64,000 nucleotides of DNA from Thermoanaerobaculia bacterium (GTDB lineage: Bacteria; Acidobacteriota; Thermoanaerobaculia; Gp7-AA8). The stretch spans positions 12,021 through 76,020 of the forward strand of contig DASVRB010000185.1 of NCBI GenBank assembly GCA_036388835.1. The letters are read 5' to 3'. A model generated the notes under the pieces. It saw only the letters and a list, made by a program, of their open reading frames with translations. It was not told the DNA's origin and did not search any database. The position numbers were made by a program, and so were the translations under genes. Positions within the stretch are counted from its first letter, which is position 1, and the number at the start of each line of letters is the position of its first letter. Positions 55,866 to 64,000 of this stretch are shown in pieces.

Positions 55866-56456
55866 ATGGTCGAAGCAGCCGGACAGAAGCAGTGGTACAT
55901 CGTCCACACCTACTCCGGGTTCGAGGAGCGGGTGAAGGAGAACCTCGGCCAGCGCATCGATGCGCTCGGCATGCGCGAAAAGTTCGGCGAGATCAAGATC
56001 CCGACCGAGACCCTCGTCGAGATGAAGGGGGGGAAGAAGCGCGAAGTGCAGCGCAAGTTCTTCCCCGGCTACATCCTCATCGAGATGGACATGACCGACG
56101 ACGCGTGGCATCTCGTGAAGAACACGCCGAAGGTTACCGGCTTCGTCGGTACCGGCAAGAAGCCGACGCCGCTCACGCCGGAAGAGGTCGACCAGATCCT
56201 CACGCAGGTCGTCACCACCAAAGAAAAGCCGAAACCGAAGCACGTTTACGAGCACGGCGAGCACGTGCGGATCATCGACGGGCCGTTCACGAACTTCACC
56301 GGAGTCGTGGAAGAGGTCAACGTCGACCGCAGCACGCTGAAGGTCATGGTCACGATCTTCGGCCGTTCCACCCCGGTCGAGCTCGACTTCCTGCAGGTCG
56401 CGCGCTACGACGCCGCCGAGGAACAGGCTGGCGGCGGCGCCGCACAGAAGAGATAG
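55866..56456 (+). CDS. nusG: Transcription termination/antitermination factor NusG
   Basis: NGN domain ([14 protein letters not shown]..) and C-terminal KOW ([21 protein letters not shown]..). Confidence 0.95.
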   Translation: MVEAAGQKQWYIVHTYSGFEERVKENLGQRIDALGMREKFGEIKIPTETLVEMKGGKKREVQRKFFPGYILIEMDMTDDAWHLVKNTPKVTGFVGTGKKPTPLTPEEVDQILTQVVTTKEKPKPKHVYEHGEHVRIIDGPFTNFTGVVEEVNVDRSTLKVMVTIFGRSTPVELDFLQVARYDAAEEQAGGGAAQKR

Positions 56457-56510
56457 CAATCATCAATTCCGTGCGGCATTCGCACGACTGATTATCACAA
56501 GGGATTTACG

Positions 56511-56936
56511 ATGGCGAAAAAGATCACCGGATACATCAAGCTCCAGATTCCCGCCGCCAAGGCGACCCCGGCCCCGCCGGTCGGACCGGCCCTCGGCCAG
56601 CACGGCGTGAACATCATGGAGTTCTGCAAGACGTTCAACGCCCGCACGGCCAAGGACGAGGGACTCATCATCCCGGTCGTGATCACGGTCTTCTCCGACC
56701 GTACGTTCACGTTCATCACCAAGACCCCGCCCGCCGCGATCCTGCTGCTCAAAGCAGCCGGCATCCAGAAGGGCTCGGGCGTGCCGAACAAGACGAAGAT
56801 CGGCAAGGTCACGCGCAAACAGGTCGAGGACATCGCCCGCCTGAAAATGCCCGACCTCAATGCCGCCAGCGTCGAGGCAGCCATCCGCACCGTCGAAGGC
56901 ACTGCGCGTTCGATGGGGATGGAAATCGCCGAATAA
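56511..56936 (+). CDS. rplK: 50S ribosomal protein L11
   Basis: [43 protein letters not shown]... Confidence 0.95.
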   Translation: MAKKITGYIKLQIPAAKATPAPPVGPALGQHGVNIMEFCKTFNARTAKDEGLIIPVVITVFSDRTFTFITKTPPAAILLLKAAGIQKGSGVPNKTKIGKVTRKQVEDIARLKMPDLNAASVEAAIRTVEGTARSMGMEIAE

Positions 56937-57114
56937 TCTCGTTGTCGGTGGTCTGTGATCGGTTGTCTGCGAGGTTTCGCCTGAACGAGGCACCGCAGAC
57001 AACTGACAACCGATGACTGACAACCGCTTCAACGGCGCCTCAGCGCGTAGCTGAGGCAATCAACAACGTAGGAGGTTCGTGGCAACACGGGCCGTCTGCA
57101 CTACGGAGGTGAAA

Positions 57115-57816
57115 TTGGCCAAACACGGCAAGAAGTATCGTGCTGCGGCCGAGAAGGTCGAACAGCGGCCGTACCAGTTGGACGAGGCGTTTGGTCTGCT
57201 CAAGCAGATCGCATTCGCCAAGTTCAATGAGACGGTCGAGCTCTCGATGCTCCTCGGCGTAGATCCCAAGCACGCCGACCAGATGGTTCGCGGGACGACT
57301 CTGCTCCCGCACGGCACTGGTCAGACCAAGCGCGTGCTCGTGATCGCCCAGGGCGAGAAAGTGAAAGAAGCGCAGGATGCCGGCGCCGACATGGTCGGCG
57401 GCGATGACATGGTCGAGCGGATCCAGGGTGGCTGGGTCGACTTCGACGCGGTCATTGCGACCCCCGACATGATGCGCTCCGTCGGTAAGCTCGGTAAGGT
57501 GCTCGGCCCTCGCGGCCTGATGCCGAACCCGAAGACCGGCACCGTCACTTTCGATGTCGGCAAGGCGATTCAGGAGATCAAGGCCGGTAAGGTGGAGTTC
57601 CGCGTCGACAAGACCGCGATCGTCCACGTTCCGGTCGGCAAGATCTCGTTTTCGACGGACCAGCTTCGCGACAACGCCTCGGCGATCATCAACGCCGTTC
57701 GCAAAGCGAAGCCGCCGGCTGCCAAAGGCAAGTACGTCCGCTCCATCTACGTCTCCTCGACCATGAGCCCGTCGCTGCAAATCGACCCGGCCGTGGGCGA
57801 GGCGAAAGCCGAATAA
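57115..57816 (+). CDS. rplA: 50S ribosomal protein L1 (TTG start after GGAGGTG RBS)
   Basis: Start placed at [15 protein letters not shown].. (L13 of the track ORF), which matches the canonical L1 N-terminus. Confidence 0.9.
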   Translation: MAKHGKKYRAAAEKVEQRPYQLDEAFGLLKQIAFAKFNETVELSMLLGVDPKHADQMVRGTTLLPHGTGQTKRVLVIAQGEKVKEAQDAGADMVGGDDMVERIQGGWVDFDAVIATPDMMRSVGKLGKVLGPRGLMPNPKTGTVTFDVGKAIQEIKAGKVEFRVDKTAIVHVPVGKISFSTDQLRDNASAIINAVRKAKPPAAKGKYVRSIYVSSTMSPSLQIDPAVGEAKAE

Positions 57817-57825
57817 GGAGAGAGC

Positions 57826-58371
57826 ATGAAGAATCGCGCACAGAAAGCAGAAGCGATCTCCGAATTCTCCGAAGGCATCGGTTCCGCCACGAACGCGTTC
57901 GTCCTCGACTTCAAGGGCATCACCGTTCCCCAGGTGACCGAGCTGCGCAAGCAGGTCCGTGAGTCGGGTTCGGAGTACGTCGTCATCAAGAACACGCTCG
58001 CGCTCATCGCCATGAAGGACACGCCGATGCAGAAGCTCACCGGCACGTTCTCCGGCATGACCGCGGTCGCGTACAACACCAGCGATCCGGTCGCGCTCGC
58101 GAAAGTCCTGACGAAGTTCGCCAAGGACGTTCCGACCGTCCAGTTCAAGGGAGCATTGCTCGCCGGCCAGGTCGTCGCGGCGAACGAGATCCAGAACATC
58201 GCCAACCTGCCGTCCCGTGAAGAGCTCCTCGGCAAGCTGCTGTACCTCATGCAGCATCCGATTCGCGGCCTCGCGGTCGTGCTCAACGGCACTCTTCGCA
58301 ACTTCGCGGTGGTCCTCGACCAGATCGCGCAGCAGAAGGGCGGCACCGGTGGCGGAGAAGCAAACGCGTAA
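57826..58371 (+). CDS. rplJ: 50S ribosomal protein L10
   Basis: MKNRAQKAEAISEFSEGIGSATNAFVLDFKGITV.. (L10 family). Confidence 0.9.
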   Translation: MKNRAQKAEAISEFSEGIGSATNAFVLDFKGITVPQVTELRKQVRESGSEYVVIKNTLALIAMKDTPMQKLTGTFSGMTAVAYNTSDPVALAKVLTKFAKDVPTVQFKGALLAGQVVAANEIQNIANLPSREELLGKLLYLMQHPIRGLAVVLNGTLRNFAVVLDQIAQQKGGTGGGEANA

Positions 58372-58442
58372 TGAATTGGCGCGGATCGTTTCGACGGTCC
58401 GCTTGGGATTGACTCGAGAGTTAGAACTTTTTGGAGGCTGAA

Positions 58443-58829
58443 ATGGCTATTTCTACTGAAGATTTCGTGAAGCAGGTTGAAACGATGACGGTTCTCGATC
58501 TGGCGAACCTCGTCAAGGCGCTGGAAGATCGCTTCGGCGTCTCCGCCGCCGCGGCGAGCGTTGCCGCTGCGCCGGCTGGTGGTGGCGCCGCTGCCGCGGC
58601 CGCTCCGGCCGAAGAGCAGACCGAATTCACGGTCGTGCTCGAGAGCGCGGGCGACAAGAAGATCAACGTCATCAAGGCTGTCCGCGAGGTCACCTCGCTC
58701 GGCCTGAAGGAAGCAAAGGACCTCGTCGAAGGCGCGCCCCAGACCATCAAGGAAGGCGTGACCAAGGATGAGGCCGAGAAGATCCGCAAGGCCTTCGAAG
58801 AAGCCGGCGCGAAAGTTTCGGTCAAGTAA
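58443..58829 (+). CDS. rplL: 50S ribosomal protein L7/L12
   Basis: Start at the ATG 5 nt after a GGAGG RBS ([33 protein letters not shown]..). Ala-rich hinge, C-terminal ..EAGAKVSVK. Confidence 0.9.
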   Translation: MAISTEDFVKQVETMTVLDLANLVKALEDRFGVSAAAASVAAAPAGGGAAAAAAPAEEQTEFTVVLESAGDKKINVIKAVREVTSLGLKEAKDLVEGAPQTIKEGVTKDEAEKIRKAFEEAGAKVSVK

Positions 58830-58834
58830 AAAAC

Positions 58835-58965
58835 ACGTGTCATCCCGTGGCTGCGCAGACAGCCGCGGGATCCCCTCATTCAGGGGATTCCGCGTCGTCT
58901 CCGCGACGCGGAATGACACGAGACATGTTTCCGGGCGGTGCGATTGCATCGCCCGGATTTGTCGT
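58835..58965 (+). promoter_or_regulatory. Structured rplL-rpoB intergenic attenuator region: three adjacent hairpins closed by an outer helix, then a terminator-like hairpin
   Basis: Outer CGTGTCAT../..ATGACACG. Inner hairpins CCCGTGGCTG-cgcaga-CAGCCGCGGG, ATCCCCT-cattc-AGGGGAT, TCCGCGTCG-tctc-CGACGCGGA. Then CCGGGCGGTGCG-attg-CATCGCCCGG followed by ATTTGTCGTCTTTG. E. coli has a partial terminator at this position. Confidence 0.5.
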
Positions 58966-59104
58966 CTTTGAAGAAACACCTCTAGAGCCAGAGAAGGGGG
59001 GAGCGGCCTTCTCGCCACGGCTCACCATCGCGTACTCCTCTTTGCGTTGCCTGCAAAGAGGCCTCGCCTGACGCGAAGTATCAGTTCAATAGGAGTCACA
59101 CCGA

Positions 59105-63391
<4,287 letters not shown>

Positions 63392-63394
63392 CGA

Positions 63395-63583
63395 ATGGCC
63401 CGCAGAGTCACGAGCCTTGCCCGCATGCCGAACGCCGATTGCCGTGCCTGTCACGGCCTCGGATCGATTCACATGACCGTTCACTTTCACTCCGGCGATA
63501 CCGATTGGGAAACGCCGTGCTGGGAGTGTTTCGGCACGAACGTGAAACTGCAGTTCCCGCATCCCAAAACGACTGACAACTGA
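63395..63583 (+). CDS. Small putative zinc-ribbon protein (62 aa) encoded between rpoB and rpoC
   Basis: AAGGAA RBS-like sequence ~7 nt upstream of the ATG. CRAC-x22-CWEC (MARRVTSLARMPNADCRACHGLGSIHMTVHFHSGDTDWETPCWECFGTNVKLQFPHPKTTDN). A 12-bp perfect-stem hairpin (GACCGGCGCGCG-ttcc-CGCGCCGGTC, 63586..63611) directly follows the stop. Confidence 0.4.
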   Translation: MARRVTSLARMPNADCRACHGLGSIHMTVHFHSGDTDWETPCWECFGTNVKLQFPHPKTTDN

Positions 63584-63622
63584 CCGGCGCGCGTTCCGCG
63601 CCGGTCATCCTGAAGCGCGTGA

Positions 63623-64000
<378 letters not shown>

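Overview
High-GC (~65-70%) bacterial chromosomal segment, probably from an Acidobacteria-like genome. Two clues point that way: a TIGR03436-type VWFA-related protein and a TonB-dependent receptor with a CarboxypepD_reg-like N-terminus. The two ends of the window are conserved housekeeping syntenies. On the left are a partial TonB-dependent receptor, a LolD-like ABC ATPase, clpC, and bamA-skp-lpxD-fabZ-lpxA followed by a Gfo/Idh/MocA oxidoreductase and MTA phosphorylase. On the right are folD-coaE, rplM-rpsI, rpsB-tsf-pyrH-frr, ispD-ispF, gltX, pyrD, rlmB, a tRNA cluster (Thr-Tyr-Gly-Thr), and rpmG-tRNA(Trp)-secE-nusG-rplK-rplA-rplJ-rplL-rpoB-rpoC. The middle (~22-43 kb) is accessory-like. It holds a ClpX-like AAA+ without a zinc-finger domain, a BNR/sialidase-like protein, a minimal nucleotidyltransferase plus small ORF pair, tandem ComEA paralogs, a GspH/FimT-type pseudopilin and a membrane alkaline-phosphatase-family protein. 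It also holds a four-gene overlapping unit (Eco57I/TaqI-like N6-adenine DNA methyltransferase, a minimal SNF2 helicase, an orphan sigma54 response regulator, a DUF192 protein), which is the most interesting candidate system. Further along are a zinc-ribbon protein with an R/P/G-rich repeat tail, queD with a coupled DUF1802-like gene, an ECF sigma with a separately terminated ZAS anti-sigma, and two paralogous T/D/M-repeat lipoproteins. Several inverted-repeat elements recur (one built from the heptamer GATTGAG, one from a GTCATCC..GGATGAC hairpin). rpoB carries a four-CxxC zinc-ribbon-like insertion, and a small CxxC..CxxC ORF sits between rpoB and rpoC. No CRISPR, rRNA or obvious transposase/prophage genes were seen. 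CDS starts that I moved away from the ORF track were re-derived in frame from the track translations. Features with no track ORF (tRNAs, hairpins, repeats, the 41083 small ORF) were indexed by hand and may be off by 1-2 nt.
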